Positions 38,076 to 51,505 of a stretch of 64,000 bases of DNA are shown piece after piece. Under the pieces are notes generated by a model. It did not search any database, had not been told where the DNA came from, and saw only the letters and a list, made by a program, of their open reading frames with translations. The translations under genes were made by a program, and so were the position numbers. Numbering within the stretch: position 1 is the stretch's first letter; each line of letters opens with the position of its first letter. This DNA is from Rhizophagus irregularis (taxonomy: Eukaryota). The stretch lies in assembly GCF_026210795.1 (NCBI RefSeq), contig NC_089432.1:2418001-2482000 (forward strand), in the 5' to 3' direction.

Positions 38076-41000
38076 AAGCTCATCTGTCTAGTGACATGAT
38101 GATAAGACTAGGGACTGAACAGATATGTTATAGCTCGTTGATGTGTAATTTTATTATTGCATGGGAGAAAGATGCCAGAGTAAAATCTGTATCTTTAGTA
38201 CGAAAAATTAAAGAAAGTTCTTGTTGTATGATTCCGATATGAAATTATTTGTCCACGTGGTGTCGGGAAATTGATAGATAATCTCAAAAAAGAAACTTTT
38301 AAAATCGTAGATCGTTTTAAAACCTGATTCTTTTACTTTGGTCACGTGGAATTTTTCAAAAGAGACGAGGAAAAAATTATCTACTATACTAGAGGTAGAA
38401 ATTAAAGGAAAGGAAGTGTTTGAAGAAACATTATCTTCGATTAAAGTGTCATTATAGGAGATGTAGACTCGAAAGGTTCACTATTGAAGACATAGTCGTC
38501 TGGTGAGAAAGAACTAAAGCCGTACGGAGGAATATAATTTCCGTCTGCCCGAGGAAAAGAACACATAACCCAAAGTTGCGGGTATAAAAAACTCTGTTTT
38601 TCTGAAAAAACTGTAGCGTATATTACGCTATTAGCAAGCAACGGGGCCACCGTGTGGTCCTTCCACCACGAAATAAAAACTAATTAACGGAACGGTAAAA
38701 CTAGTGTTTACTGCGGAAAATTAACAAAAATAAAAAAGGGGGAAGAGTTTTTTTTTTTTATGAAAATGATCTAGGTGAAGTTGAAAAAAGTTCTCGTTAT
38801 TGTATTTCTTATGGCTTATTAGAAGCACGTGATTTTATAAGGTGTAAACGATCCAAAAAAAGAGGATAGTGGAAGTATTAAAGATAGGGTGTATAAAGAC
38901 TTTGATAAGTGACTGTATAGTCGAAACTTTTACCATATGTATATATATTCGCAAATTGGTTTTGTTTGTTAATAAGCAATGTACAAAAAAAATAATAAAA
39001 AGTCTATTTTTTCCCTCAAGTACCTGAAAGATAACCCAAAGATTAACTGAAAAATGTTTTACCAGTTGTTGATGGTAAGAATATTATAAACTATCTAATT
39101 AAGGAATTCACTGTATATTTCAAAATTTATTTAATCAACCCCTTGGGACTTGGGTAACTTTTGGTTAATTGTCCTGAAAACTTGATTGTTTCACTGCAGT
39201 AAACTTTAAACTAAATTCGTCTAAAAATTCATCTACAAGATTTGAATTCATTTCAAAAGCAAATTTATTGTTTTTCAATAAAATATAATTTTAGAATATA
39301 TAATTTATTTTTCCATTTATATTAAAAACTTGAAATATGTCGAAGAAAAATAATGTCTAAAAAGTCAACTAACGATTAAAATTTAGAGTTAGATATAACT
39401 TGAAATTATATATAAAATTAAAAGAATTTTAAAAAGAATTAATAAATAGAAAAAATCATACAAAAAAAGTCGACGCACAAGGATTTTTTAATAAATTTTC
39501 CAAAAATTATTTCATGAAACATTGACCGCATAATCAAATAAACTCAATTTTGATAATTTTGATATTCTTCTAAAATAAGTACTACGTAGTTTTTAATGTT
39601 ATGAATTTTCCTTCCCAGGAAATAAATGAGTAGTCCCCTGGAGCATGTCACTCATTTAATATTAACTATTTTAACTATTTTAAACTAAAATTAGTAATTT
39701 CCCGGCTATCTATATGAGACCGGGAAATAACTAAACGAAGATTCCCGGTCATTTATAAACTCAGCTAATCACTCGTAATTTTTATAATTTTTAAAAATTA
39801 GTATGAAGGTGATCATAAGTGACACTTAGTGCGACAGGGGATTAATTTACTTATACATATAGTTTCGTAATACGATTTTAATGCCTGATACACCTGATAC
39901 ACAATTTATTATAACCATTTTTATTATAAATCACATTACACCGGATAAAATGATGATATCTGTACGACATATTAATCAGATTTAATAATAATTTCATAAC
40001 AACATTTCTTTATATATTTTAATACTATTATCATTAATATTATTTGTATAAATATATTATATTCAATAATATAAAAAAAAAAATTCAAATTCAGTGATTC
40101 TTGAAAACTCTGCGTATAAAACGAAAAAAAAGTTGCTTAGCGCTAATCTTCAAAATTTATTCTAACATTAAAAAGAACTTATATTATTCTTATTATTCTA
40201 ATGATACATTAAAAATTCGTTATTTAAGAATTTTAATTTGTATATTCAATAAGCAAAATTATATATTTCCAAATAGTAATATTTAATATTACCGTATATT
40301 TCTTTTTAAGAGTTAAGTTTGTTAAGGAAATTGTTGGTAAAAAACTTTTTTCTTGATAAATATAAAGTGAACTGATACTATGCTATCCTTATATAGTAAA
40401 TAATAAAAAGATTCTTATATAGAAAATTTTCTAATAGAAAAGTAAATGATGCGAAACAAAAGAATTAATAAAAGAAAATTTTTAAATACCTATGGGAACT
40501 GAAAAGATTTATAAGGATTGAGATTCGTAAAACCAAAAAAAAATCGTAAATCCTTTAATTTATTCAGAGCTTGAAAATACGCTGTTCTTTTTCAGCTTGC
40601 ATGAACTTCCCCAGAAAAATGTCAATAAAATTTGTTTATAAAAATAAATTTTCTTGTACTAAATAATTGTTAACGTTACCATGAATCCATAATACGTTTA
40701 AATAATTCTTATATTTTATTGAGAATAAATAATAATAATAGTAGTAAGAAATATTACCTCCTGCTTCTCTTATTTAGATGACATCACTTTCATATATATA
40801 TTAAATAGAACATTATTATTATTTTATTTATTTTAAAAATAATACCCATAAAAATATAACTGATAATTATAAATTAATAATAAACGATATGGCGAACAAT
40901 AAAAAAAGATAAAATAGATAGAGTAGTTAGTTGCAATAAACTATAAAAGTGATTCGTTCAAAAAATTATTTTATGTATCGATGAGCACAGTATACACTTT

Positions 41001-43269
41001 TAGAAATGATCAGCACAAATCACGTGAACGTTACATTTTTCTGCGGGCAACTGGGAAGTTTGCTGCATGCTGAAGATCAGTAAAATTTCGACATAGAAAT
41101 GTCTGGTGTCACTATTTTTATTATAAATAGTTTTACAAAAAAAAAAATATTTTTTTTTTCAATTTAAAAACGTAAAATTAAATTCTGCCACAAAATTTTA
41201 AAATTTTTGTATATCCAACAATGTCTAATAACGCTGAACTTACTAAAAATTCAAATGAGTATAATTGGATTGAAGATGCAATTTCTAAAAAACTTATTAA
41301 ATATTATGAATTTGAACAATTCTGCGATCTGCAAGAAATTGGTTTCGGAGGTTTTGGAAAAGTTTATCGTGCAAGTTGGAAGAATTATTACAAACAATGT
41401 GCACTAAAATCCTTTTTTGATTTCAACGACTCTACAGTTAAAGGAATTGTCCGTGAGGTAATTTTAATATCGAACATATTTCAATTTATATATGTACATT
41501 TCTATTATTAACAAACTTCTATTTATTGCTTAGATTCAACTTCAGCGCGAAGTTGATTTTCATAATAACATTATCCGTTTTTATGGTGTCACAGCTTCCA
41601 GTAAAGGTATCAAAAGTTCTAGTAATATTATTTTTTTTTTATATTAAACTGTAATTAATTATCTAATTTGTAAATTTTTTTTTTTTTAAAAGAAAACCAA
41701 AGAAAAAAGTATATGTTAGTAATGGAATATGCCGACAGTGGTACTCTCCGAAAATATTTGAATGAAAATCTGTCTTGGAATGACAAATATAATCTTGCAT
41801 TCCAACTTGTTTGTGCAGTATCATGTTTACATGGCGAAGGGATCGTGCATCGTGATTTGGTAATTAATTTATAACTTATTATGATTGCGTAGTGTATTTA
41901 GTTTATCTTAATTTAATTATTTTAATTTAATGTAATTGAATAGCACTCCAATAATATATTAGTTCATCAGAATACTGTCAAGCTAGCAGATTTTGGCTTA
42001 TCAAAAAGAATTGAAGAAACATCCAACTCTCAATCAAAAACATTTGGATTAATTCCATATGTTGATCCAAAAAGTTTCAATAGAAGTAAAGAATTATATG
42101 TATTAAGTAAAAAAAGTGATGTTTATAGCATTGGCGTATTGTTATGGGAAATATCCAGTTGCCAGCCTCCTTTTCATGGTAAACAATATGATGTTGGTTT
42201 AGCTTTAGATATATTACAAGGCCTTAGAGAAACACCCACTCATGATACACATGAAGAATATATAAAAATTTATGTTGGTATGTATAAAATTACATTTGTA
42301 TGATTTATAACCATATAATTTTAATTAATTGAGGATAATTTTCTGTAGATTGTTGGAATATTGAACCTGATAATCGTCCAACTATTGATCAAGTAGTTGA
42401 AGAACTAAAAGTACTCATAATGAAAGAAAACATAATTATAAAAGATTTTCACTTATATAATAATACCAATAATTCTCTGTCATCAAATAACCATCAACTG
42501 TCTAATTCAACTGTTAAAATTTCTGAAAGTACTAGTTCAATACATGGAGATTTATCTCAAGTTATTCAAAATTTTGATATGATTGATATGATAAATACAG
42601 AAGAACTAGAACCAACATTATCATCAATTAACCAATTTAAGGATAACTTTAATATAGAAGTTAATATTATGTTCAATCTTTTTAATGATAGTGATGAAAT
42701 AGGGAAGCAAAAGATCTTAAGTTATCTTAATGAACAAAATATAACTTTGCAAGAGATTAATAATTTATTATTAAATGATCAAAATAACTCGCATTCTATT
42801 TACTTACTTGGAAAATTTAATCATTTAGGAATTGGAATCAGCGTTGATAATCAAAAAGCATTCGAGTTATATCAAAAAGCAGCAGATTTAGGAAATTCAT
42901 CTGGAATAAATGATTTAGGATATTGTTATTTAAATGGAATTGGAACTGGTATTGATAAGAAAAAAGCATTTGAATTATATCAAAAGGCAGCAGAATTAGG
43001 TAATTCATCTGGAATAAATAATTTGGGAGATTGTTATCAATACGGAATTGGAACTGATATTAATAATAAAAAAGCATTTGAATTATATCAAAACCCTATA
43101 AAAAATTTTGATCCGTTTTTTTATTCCGTTTTTATTCCGTTTTTATTATTAAATAGACAATTCCGTGTTTATTCAGTAAAGGTCTCATATTCGCGGAATT
43201 TATACGGAAATTTTACTGAAATTATCTATAAAAAAACTGAAATTTTATTGAATAGATTTAATTAATAAC

Positions 43270-43695
43270 ACTGATAATAAACTAATAAAAAACTGATAAA
43301 TTCATAGAATAATTTATTACGTAAAACTGATAAAAAACTAATAAAAAACTGATAAATTCAAAGAGAATTTATTGATATAAAATGGATAATAAACTAATAA
43401 AAAACTGATAAATTCATAGAATAATTTATTGTATAAAACTGATGAAAAACTAATAAAAAACTGATAAATTCATATAATAATTTATTGTATAAAACTGATA
43501 AAAAACTAATAAAAAACTGATAAATTCATAGAATAATTTATTGTATAAAACTGATAAAAAACTAATAAAAAACTGATAAATTCATAGAATAATTTATTGC
43601 GTAAAACTGATAATAAACTAATAAAAAACTGATAAATTCAAAGAGAATTTATTGATATAAAATGGATAAATTTCGGATAAAAAACTGATAAATTT
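43270..43695. repeat. Subterminal tandem array (~58-bp unit) of the CACTA element
   Basis: aaactaataaaaaactgataaattcatagaataatttattgtataaaactgat repeated about 7 times. Confidence 0.85.
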
Positions 43696-43729
43696 CCAAG
43701 ATACAATTTCAGGATTTCTCCCTACTTTA

Positions 43730-45086
43730 CTAATCAGTTTTCTTGCTAGAAGATCTTGTTATTCGTGAAGTTTTTGGAGTTTTTACTGGGGTTTGTGAAG
43801 ATTTCCTTTTTCTTTTTTTATCTATAAAATTGGAAAACATAATAAATATAATTATATTTATTTGAAAAAAAACAAAATTTCTGCCTTACTAGAAGTTTCT
43901 GCAATTTTATCCATAACAGGCGTAATATGGAGAGCATTGTCCTCAGTTTCAGAAGTATTAACTTCACCTGGAGTGGGAGATGGTGGATCCTCAGTACCTG
44001 GCGTATTAGCTTTGGAGATGGGAGTTGGTAAAATAATTGCTTTTGAACAGTAAAAATAATAGTGTTTATATTATTTAATATATTAAATATTAATATAAAT
44101 TACTATGGAATAATTATAAAAATAATACTTGAAGTACTTCCAGAAGCTTGCAAGCTACCAGTAATAGAATCACTCATGTTACGCTTCTTATTATTAGGTG
44201 GTTTGATATTTTTCTTTTTTGGCTGCGGTAGTGGAAGACCATGTTCTTTTGCATCAGCAATTTTCTTTTTTTTGGCTTGGTCAACTATAATAAAATTAAG
44301 TAAAAATTATTTAAAAAAAATACAAAAATTTTTGTAATAAAGCACATACCAGTACTATTACAGTACAAAGCAAGCCATTCACGAAATATAAAGTTAGCTT
44401 CGGAAACTGGAAATGTTGGGTTTGCTTCTTTGAACTGTAATAAAATAATAAATATTATTTATTTTTATATTTATTTTTATATCTTCACTAAAAATATGAA
44501 TTTATATACTTACATCTTTAATAATCTCTTCAACTATCCCCTTTTGCTGATGGGACATTGGTTCACCACGAGTAAGTCTAGAGGCTGCACGATTTCGAAG
44601 ATCATTCTGTAATAGTAATTATATAAAATTAATAATTGTTAGGCAAACACTTAAACTGAGTATATTTACCCTAAAGTTTAAGTATTGCTGCTTATCAAGT
44701 TTCAAGAATTCATGCCATTGGAACTCTTTTTTATTTTGCTTTTGAATTTGCTTATATTCTCTATATTCCTGAATTTTGATTGGATTCATCACAGTTCCTT
44801 TCGGAAACTGTATATAATTGTTATTACTAATTAGTAATTCAAGAAATTATTTGTAAACAAAGTATACCTGTTCATTAGTAGTGCCATTCACAGCACTACG
44901 TGCATCTAGAGATGATCCTGCAAGTGAAGGCTCAATGGTTATTAGCTCTGTATATAATTTATGACGCTTTTCAGAACTTAAAACATTAATAAGAGATATA
45001 TCTTCCAATAATACAAGAAATAGTTGTTTGCGTTCTTCATAACTAAGTTCACTAATATCAATAGCATGATTAGTACTTTGTGACAT
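43730..45086 (-). CDS. Multi-exon accessory gene of the CACTA element (one apparent frameshift near 44735)
   Basis: MSQSTNHAID...; exon pieces FQWHEFLKLDKQQYLNFR and FKEANPTFPVSEANFIFREWL; basic S/P/T-rich tail ending SSKKTD*. Confidence 0.6.
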
Positions 45087-45519
45087 CTTTTAAAAGAAAT
45101 TTTAAAATATTTATTATTAAAGAAAAGAAGAGTTGAATGTTTAATTAAATAAAAGTTTGAGTTGTATTTATAATGAAAAGTATATGATAATTGATATGCG
45201 TTTTACAAATTTGAAAGTATAAATAGTTTAATATTTATAATACAAAAGTATATAATAGTTTAATAATTATACGCGTCTTACAAATTTGAAAGTATAAATA
45301 GTTTAATATTTATAATATAAAACTATATGAAAGTTTAATAATTGATACGCGAAATTATAATAAAGTCAATATTTAATACTACTATTATATTGTATAAGCA
45401 TTAATTATTTTGATAATATTTTTTTTTAAATATATGGAATTTATCAGTTATATGAAAATTAATAATTATATAAAAATTCAAAACTCTGATTATTTTTAAT
45501 ATTTTTAATAATTTTTAAT

Positions 45520-48500
45520 ATGGTTAAACAAGTTCTATGCACCTGTATTTGGTGTCTTCAAGAGTCAAATGGCCAAGGAAAATCAGTAAGCAAGGCAACT
45601 CGTGCAAGGCATATAATAAAACAAAAAAAAACTTGGGCCAACCCAGCAGGCATGCCTACATTACAGCGTCATATAACTACTCCCATTTCTCAGACTACTT
45701 CAGCAGTATCACCATCTACAGTAATGCTATTGCCTACTAATACTACAGAAGAAATTTCAAATTATAATCATGGTGAAGATATTAATATAGATTTTTTTGA
45801 AAATATGATGAGTGATAGAAATGAAGAAATCATATCTGAACGATCTTCTAGTGATGAAGAAGATCAAATTGAAGTATTAGAATATGAAGAAAATGAAAAG
45901 GATAATGATGATGAATATGATGGGGATGATGATAATGATGATGATAATGATGAAGGTGATCATAATAATAATAATAATGAAGGAGATGATAAAGGGAATA
46001 ATGAAGAAGAAGAAAATAATAAGGAATATAATGGAGAAATTTCAGAAGATTTAATTAAAGGTTTACGGCTTCTTAAAATTAAAGACAAATATAATATCCC
46101 AGAAGCTGCATTTAATGAAATTCTTAAAGTTTTTGAAATTTCTAAAGTATCTCTTTTTAAACTTCGAAAACTTCTTGGAAATATTGTTCCATTAGAACCA
46201 ACTCTTGTAAATTGTTGCATCAACTCATGTGTAGCATTTACAGGCGAATTTATTAATGAAGATCATTGCCCATATTGTGGGGAATTTCGTTATAAATCTA
46301 GCCAAGTTGCTCGAAAAAATGCTTCTTATTGGTCACTTATTAATACACTTAGAGCACAATATAAGGACAAAGCTCGTTCTGAGACTCTTCGCTATCGACA
46401 TACTTACACCTCAACAAATGAGTATACAATTGGTAATCAAATAAGTGATGTATTTGATGGTTTTCGTTATAAAACTCTAGTTTCTTCTGGATTTTTCTCA
46501 GACAGTCGGGATATTGCCCTAATAGCATCTACTGATGGATACCAGATTTTCTGTCAAAAAAGAAATGACTGCTGGGTTATTCTTTTGATAAATGCAAATC
46601 TACCACCTGATGTGCGTGTCAAACGTGAAAATTTGATGATTTCTGCACTTATTCCAGGACCAAAAGAACCAAAAAATTTTAATTCTTTTTTACAACCACT
46701 AGTTGATGAATTAAAACAATTACAAGGTATTTAATTTATATTTATTAGCATATGTCAGATATGTTTAGATTATAAATAAACTTATAATATATAATACTTA
46801 TAATTCAATTATTATAATAATGAGTATAGAAGGTGTTCAATGTTTTGATGGTTTAACAGAAAGTACATTTACCCTTCATGCACATATTATGAGTTTGTCT
46901 GGTGACATTCCAGCACTTGCTAAAGTTATGTGTACAACAGGACATAACTCATATAAGGCTTGTCGATTTTGCACTATTAATGGAGTGTATTGTCAAGAAA
47001 ATCGACATGTATATTTTCCACACAAATCTGCTAATAGGAGGTATGATCCTGAAAATCTTCCATTACGAACACATGAAGGTTATATTCAAGATGTTATGGC
47101 CATAGAACATGTAAATGGAACTTTATATAGACAAGAAGTGCAAAAGAGAGGTGAGATATAAATTGTTTATAAATTGAATAAAATTTTTATTCATTTATTT
47201 GTTGTTTTTGTAGGTGTAAAAGGTCGAAGCATTCTTTTGGAACTTAAGTCAATTGAGTTCCCAGCTTCATTTCCCATCGATATTATGCATGGATTATTTG
47301 AAAATATTGCACCAGCAATGCTTCGCCATTGGTTTGGTACTTTTTTTAAAAAAGATTTTGCCTCTGAATGTGTACTTTCTAAAAGTATTTGGAATGAAAT
47401 TGGAACTATAATGGAAAAAAATCAAAAGAACATGCCTCTTGATTTTGGCCGTCCACCTATTGACATTCAAAAACATTTTGCAGGATTCAAAGCAGAGGAT
47501 TGGACAAATTGGGTGATACTGTATTCACTTCCACTCTTACAGAATTATCTTCCTGAAAGGTAAATTTGCTTGCAACATATATATATAATGTTACCAAGTA
47601 ATATTTACTATTAATTTAAATTTTAATATTTTTAGGTATTTAAATGGATGGGCAAAATTCGTACATGCTGTAAAGCTTTGTCTTAAAAAAAATATTAGTA
47701 TATCAGAATTGACAGAAATAGATAGATTATTTCGTGAATTTGTTACACATTATGAAAGGTATATTTTCATAAATAGTTATTGCAATCAATTCTTTATTTA
47801 ACTTATTAAATATAATTTAATTTTATTAGAGAGTATATTCAGGATGATTCCAGACGATTTTCGGCAGCACTAATTTCTTATCATTATTTACTGCATATTT
47901 CTACCTCCATTCGTAATACTGGGCCTGCATGGGCAACTTGGCAGTACCCCATGGAGAGATTATGTGGGATGCTAGTGCCATTAGTGCATTCCAAGCAACA
48001 TCCCTATACAAACCTTCGAAACCAAATTACTATATGGACTCAATTCTCACATCTTCAGTACAAAGCTGAAGTGAACCAGAAAGTTTTTGGAAACAAGTTG
48101 AGAGAACTTAGTACAATTGAAGAAGAGTTGTACTCACTATCACGCAAGTATTGTATGAATAGAACTGAGTTACAACGCCTTAGAGCTTATTATGTAACAG
48201 TATTGAATAAGCCTGCAGACCAACTTATGGTGAGCTATGATGTTCCAATTTTAATCTTTAAAAACTTTAGTTCTCTAACATTTGCTTAGCCAATTACAGA
48301 TTCCATACAGAAGTATGGGAAGTTTCGAACAAAGTATGGACTGATTATTAATTCAAAACTATCAAATCGCAAGGGTGATGTTGCTCGTAAAAATTTCTGT
48401 ATTGCTGTATGTATATCATTAGTACTAATGATTTTTCCAAGAATTATCATTTTAATATTAGCCACTTTTAGGTAAAGCTTTTGGTTGATAAAAATGCTCA

Positions 48501-48777
48501 TCGCCCAAATGCACCAATCATTCTGGAAGAAAGGGAGTTTTTTGGAGAGGTACAATATTTCTTTTCACATCAATATAATGGTTGCTGGTCCATGTTAGCA
48601 TATGTGCAATGGGTGCGAAATCCTCGGCCTTCTGGACATGGTCCATTAAAGTTCCGGGATCTTGGTGCATTTGAAGTAATTAATATTAGTGCAATTGATA
48701 GAAATGTTGGATTTCTCAAGATGCCAAACAATGAATTGTATATTATCGATCGAGAAAATAGAGTTAAATTCAGATAA
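45520..48777 (+). CDS. CACTA/EnSpm TnpD-like (Tnp2/Transposase_21 family) transposase, ~7 exons
   Basis: CINSC...CPYC, STDGYQIF, NANLPPDVR, IPGPKEPKNFNSFLQPLVDEL, GDIPA...GHNSYKACRFC, DIMH, WQYPMERLCG. Confidence 0.88.
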
Positions 48778-51354
48778 TTATTTGTTGTTATTTGGATAGT
48801 ATAATCAATTAAATTTATTAATTTGCGAAAGTCAAAAAACTTTATTTATAAATTATAGTTCATTTCGTTACGGTGTTGTATTACATAAAAAAAAAAAACT
48901 GGGATCCCAGACCCCAGGCGTTACTGACTAGTGAATTTTTATTTGCTTTTTTATTTTATTATATTTCTGATTTATTCATATTTTTTCCATTATTATTCCG
49001 TTTTTTATCATGGTTAATTATCAGCAAATTATCAGTTAATTTTAGAAATTTGATAGTCCATTTTAATTCCGTATTTATATTGCTGAAATTACTGAAAGAA
49101 TCCGGATTGTTACTCAACCGGTTACTATTCCGAAAAAATTCACTGAATATTTACGGAATCCAAACAAAATCATGGAGTTATAACGGAAATATTCTGGAGT
49201 GTCATTTTTTATAGGGAAAGGCAGCAGAATTAGGAAATTCATCTGGAATAAATAGTTTAGGATATTGTTATCGAAATGGAATTGGAACTGATATTGATAA
49301 TAAAAAAGCAATTGAATTATATCAAAAGGCTGCAGATTTAGGAAATGCATCTGGAATTAATAATTTAGGACAATGTTATGAAAATGGAATTGAAATTGAT
49401 ATTGATTATCAAAAAGCATTTAAATTATATCAAAAGGCAGCAGATTTAGGAAATGCGTTTGGAATAAATAATTTAGGATTTTGCTATCAAAATGGATTTG
49501 GTACTATTGTTGATAAGAAAAAAGCATTTGAATTATATCAAAAGGCAACAGATTTAGGAAATGCATTTGGAATAAGTAATTTAGGGCAATGCTATGAAAA
49601 TGGATTTGGTACTGATATTGATAAGAAAAAAGCATTTGAATTATATCAAAAAGCAGCAGGTTTAGGAAATGCATTTGGAATAAATAATTTAGGATATTGT
49701 TATGAAAATGGATTTGGTACTGATATTGATAAGAAAAAAGCATTTGAATTATATCAAAAAGCAGCAGATTTAGGAAATGCATTTGGAATAAATAATTTAG
49801 GACAAAGTTATCAAAATGGAAATGGAATTGATATTGATTATCAAAAGGCATTTAAATTATATCAAAAAGCAGCAGATTTAGGAAATGCATTTGGAATAAA
49901 TAATTTAGGATATTGTTATAAAAATGGATTTGGTACTAATATTGATAATAAAAAAGCATTTGAATTATATCAAAAAGCAGCAGAATTAGGAAATTCAACT
50001 GGAATAAATAATTTAGGAGATTGCTATCAATATGGAATTGGAACTGATATTGATAAGAAAAAAGCATTTGAATTATATCAAAAAGCAGCAGATTTAGGAA
50101 ATGCATTTGGAATAAATAATTTAGGATATTGTTATGAAAATGGAATTGGTACTGATATTGATTATCAAAAAGCATTTGAATTATATCAAAGGGCAGCAGA
50201 TTTAGGAAATGCATTTGGAATAAATAATTTAGGACAATGTTATCAAAATGGAAATGGAATTGATATTGATTATCAAAAAGCATTTAAATTATATCAAAAA
50301 GCAGCAGATTTAGGAAATGCATTTGGAATAAATAATCTAGGATATTGTTATAAAAATGGATTTGGTACTAATATTGATAATAAAAAAGCATTTGAATTAT
50401 ATCAAAAAGCAGCAGAATTAGGAAATTCAACTGGAATAAATAATTTAGGAGATTGCTATCAATATGGAATTGAAACTGATATTGATAGGAAAAGAGCATT
50501 TGAATTATATCAAAAAGCAGCAGATTTAGGAAATGCATTTGGAATAAATAATTTAGGATTTTGTTATGAAAATGGAATTGGAATTGATATTGATAAGAAA
50601 AAAGCATTTAAATTATATCAAAAGGCAACAGATTTAGGAATTGCAATTGGAATAAATAATTTGGGATATTGTTATGAAAATGGATTTGGTACTGATATTG
50701 ATAAGAACAAAGCATTTGAATCATATCAAAAGGCAGCAGATTTAGGAAATGTATTTGGAATAAATAATTTAGGATGCTGTTATGAAAATGGATTTGGTAC
50801 TAATATTGATAAGAAAAAAGCATTTGAATCATATCAAAAAGCAGCAGATTTAGAAAATACATTTGGAATAACCAATTTAGGAAATTGTTATCTTAATGGA
50901 ATTGGGACTGGTATTGATTATCAAAAGGCATTTGAATTATATGAAAAGGCGTCAAATTTAGGGATTAGTGTAGCTCAATATAATCTTGCTATGATGTATG
51001 AGAATGGAAAAGGAACTGTGAAAAATATAAATGAAGCAATTTATTGGTACAAAAAATCTGCTGAACAAGGAAATCAAGGTGCTCAAAATAAATTAGAGGA
51101 GCTTAAATAGAAAAATAAAGAATAATTCATGTAAAAGTAAATTAAGAATATTTGATTAAACATTTAAATAAAATAACACATAACAATCATTATTTTTTAA
51201 ATATTATTAAATTGTCATTTATATTTTTAACTAAAATTTATTTTTAGTATATTTAATAAGAAATTTTTCATTACAATTGATAATTGCTTGTAACTATAAA
51301 CAATTTATGTACTGATATCTAGTACCTATTTATTAACAATAATTTAATCTATTA

Positions 51355-51505
51355 CTAGGAAACGGGAACCGTTGTAAGTCCGGAGCGAAAAACTAAAATT
51401 TACGATTTCATTGGTGACGATCACGTGGCGGACAGAGAATTTCACGTGATCGATTTTTTTTCATAGTGCGTAGACATATATTGTCCGGAGCGAAGCGAAG
51501 GACAA
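51355..51505 (-). mobile_element. 151-bp non-autonomous Helitron-like element
   Basis: Minus strand ends with an aacgg-ttc-ccgtt hairpin then CTAG; inserted between A and T with no TSD; exact empty site (tctatta|ttataat) in the paralogous flank at 63061-63074. Confidence 0.8.

Larger units (their letters stand above)
43094..49216. mobile_element. CACTA/EnSpm (CMC) transposon with CCCTA termini and two divergent genes
   Basis: TIR ccctataaaaaat / attttttataggg; 3-bp TSD aaa; removing it restores tatcaaaaggcagcagaa of the SEL1 repeat. Confidence 0.93.
41221..51110 (+). pseudogene. Gene D: TKL kinase + ~20 SEL1 repeats, interrupted by a 6.1-kb CACTA insertion
   Basis: GFGGFGKV, ALK, HRDL|HSNN, DFG all present. 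After the insertion the frame stays open from 49221 to the stop at 51110; no other lesion seen. Confidence 0.9.

Noticed and set aside
38630..38700. GC-rich patch as an HDV-like ribozyme
   Set aside because: Could not assemble the nested double pseudoknot on either strand.
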